Origin: a virus
Taxonomy: Duplodnaviria > Caudoviricetes
DNA length: 24,436 nucleotides
Strand: one strand, 5' to 3'
Virus record (IMG/VR): IMGVR_UViG_3300012663_000709
Span: 1-24,436 of that record
A program made the position numbers and the translations under genes. Every line of letters starts with the position of its first letter. Position 1 is the stretch's first letter. The notes below the pieces were generated by a model. It made no database searches. It worked only from the letters and a program-made list of their open reading frames with translations, and had not been told where the DNA came from. This document shows positions 22,846 to 24,436 of the stretch, one piece after another.

Positions 22846-24436
22846 GCACCAATCGCCTTGTTAGATTTAAATGACAATAAAGAAATACCTTTTTTCTTCA
22901 ACTCATCTTCTTTCTGTGCGCCAATGGAAGCACCAGTTTCATCACCTTGCATCTCTACAACTTGTGATGCTTTACCATCTTTCTTTTTGTTAATCTTCTC
23001 GCCCATGTCACGTCCAATGCTTTCACCAGACGCAGCCATGGATAATCCAGGTTCTATGCCTTTGTCGATGGATTCTTTGATTTTCTTGGATTGGCGTTCC
23101 CTGATTTCTGAGAGCGTGAGTTTTTTGCTGGAATCGGTTTCGCAGCCGCAGTGCTCGTTGATTTGGCCACCGGTTTCTTTATTGGTGCTGGTGCTTTTAC
23201 CGGAGGTGCTACTACCACTGGTGCCACTGACTCTATCACTGTAGCTTTCAGTAAAACTGGTTCCTGTACCGATTGTTTGCGACTCAAAAGTTCTTTGATA
23301 AATTTCATCATTTCTATTCTCCTTTAATTTAACGACATAACCCTTACCTTGTTGTGCCACTTCACCATTTTTCGTGTGTGCTTCTTTTGCAGCAGATCGG
23401 CGCAACATAAAAATTCTAGGATTTCCATTCTTGTCGGTGATATATTTATCACCAGATTCAAATTCTTTACCAACCAGTTTGACACCAGAAACATCTTGAA
23501 TTAATTTCCACGCATCACCATGTTTATTGTTGGCCATGTGTGATTTGAATTCTTTCTTTTGTTCAGGTGTTGCCTTCTGGTGAAACTTCATAACTTCCAT
23601 CATTCCAATATTACCAGCATATGCCGCCTCTTGAATTTTCTTCATTGATGAACCAGTTGTTGGCACACTGACCTCTCCTGGTTTCTCTCTTGGTACTTCA
23701 ACTAACTTACCATTAACAGAATGGTGTGTAACTTTACCTTGTTTACCATAACGGCCAAAACCATAATATGACAAACCGAGTTTATGTGCTTGGTCAGCTG
23801 ATTGACCTTGGCCATCGGCATGTGCAGACAACTCTGCTTGTTTTGGTGGTATAGGAAATCTATTCTTGCGTTCCATCTCAGAAGCAATCCAATTCTCCGC
23901 AGGTTCACTTTTAGGTGGTGCCTGTGTGAATTCGCGGACATTCTTAAAGATATCCATCAACTCCATTTTCTTTTGTTTAACAAGTTCGGGGTCTGCCGAG
24001 CGTAAGTCTTCCGAATTGTCAAACTCAATATAGTTTGTGCCAAATAACTTGGCATATTCTGTGCGTGAGTTCTGTACCGAATCCCACTTCTCTTTGCGAA
24101 TGGTTTCAGGTACGGCACGACCACCACGTTGACCGCGTTCAATGTTTCTCTGTGCAGATATATCATCACGTGTATTGACCAGAAGCATTTTGGTATCATA
24201 GCCAAGTTCTTCTAGTTTAGATTTAATCTTTTTAGTTTTTTCGAGATCATCACCGGTGCCATTGATAATTAAACCATTACGACCTAATAATGCCAGACGC
24301 TGGCGCAAATCTGTAATTGATTTTGCACGACCACGAACAAAGTTGCGTTTTTCTTCTTCGGACTTAGGCATCTTCTTGTCGAGGCCTTCTTTGTCCATCA
24401 TAAACTCTAATGCTCTGTCTGAATTGATTTCAGTTA
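22842..24436 (-). CDS. Zeta-toxin/AAA_33-like P-loop kinase polyprotein (5' end outside window)
   Basis: Frame is open to the window edge (TEINSDRALEF before Met 24401). IINGTG, LGYDTKMLLVNT, RNIERG..RAVP, FDNS; followed by further modules. Confidence 0.7.
   Translation of the reverse strand, partial: TEINSDRALEFMMDKEGLDKKMPKSEEEKRNFVRGRAKSITDLRQRLALLGRNGLIINGTGDDLEKTKKIKSKLEELGYDTKMLLVNTRDDISAQRNIERGQRGGRAVPETIRKEKWDSVQNSRTEYAKLFGTNYIEFDNSEDLRSADPELVKQKKMELMDIFKNVREFTQAPPKSEPAENWIASEMERKNRFPIPPKQAELSAHADGQGQSADQAHKLGLSYYGFGRYGKQGKVTHHSVNGKLVEVPREKPGEVSVPTTGSSMKKIQEAAYAGNIGMMEVMKFHQKATPEQKKEFKSHMANNKHGDAWKLIQDVSGVKLVGKEFESGDKYITDKNGNPRIFMLRRSAAKEAHTKNGEVAQQGKGYVVKLKENRNDEIYQRTFESQTIGTGTSFTESYSDRVSGTSGSSTSGKSTSTNKETGGQINEHCGCETDSSKKLTLSEIRERQSKKIKESIDKGIEPGLSMAASGESIGRDMGEKINKKKDGKASQVVEMQGDETGASIGAQKEDELKKKGISLLSFKSNKAIGA
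23054..23311 (-). CDS. Nested out-of-frame Pro/Ala/Lys-rich protein (85 aa)
   Basis: SD AAGGAG 7 nt before ATG ATG; amphipathic MMKFIKELL followed by a PAK-rich tract; lies wholly inside the kinase ORF. Confidence 0.5.
   Translation of the reverse strand: MMKFIKELLSRKQSVQEPVLLKATVIESVAPVVVAPPVKAPAPIKKPVAKSTSTAAAKPIPAKNSRSQKSGNANPRKSKNPSTKA

Noticed and set aside
24-24205. Most plus-strand and same-strand shadow ORFs in the track (e.g. 1928-2365, 3444-3761, 9583-9906, 20814-21299, 22828-23244)
   Set aside because: They overlap well-supported minus-strand genes and have no SD or recognisable motif. Only 5489-5791 (+) and 23054-23311 (-) have independent support.
1-24436. Stop-codon reassignment
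   Set aside because: TAA, TAG and TGA all end genes at expected positions, and coding density is high under code 11.

Overview
About 24.4 kb of an AT-rich, large T4-like (myovirus) phage genome. The host is probably Gram-negative (two-component spanins) and possibly a PHA-storing proteobacterium (inference). Nearly all genes are on the minus strand. Left (1-5.4 kb): early accessory region of small, often ATGA-coupled ORFs behind repeated sigma70-promoter cassettes, including a MazG-like gene and a phasin-like gene with a PhaR-type box. Middle (5.4-13.1 kb): the only plus-strand gene (GIY-YIG nuclease with a structured leader between convergent late promoters), phoH, a second GIY-YIG, a Zn-ribbon protein, nrdB, thioredoxin, a secreted thermonuclease, nrdA, thyX, a free-standing HNH endonuclease and gp61 primase. 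13.1-18.3 kb: an expanded lysis/envelope cassette (holin, GH19 endolysin, lipoproteins, DUF4337-like protein, a sensor-domain-only membrane protein, spanins). Right (18.3-24.4 kb): putative internal head proteins and polyproteins with T4 gp21-type cleavage sites, ending in a zeta-toxin-like kinase polyprotein (5' end outside the window) that contains a nested out-of-frame ORF. Several real genes under 60 aa are missing from the ORF track, including two paralogous secreted Cys/Trp (WTWT) peptides. Family calls come from motif recognition by eye; no database searches were run.
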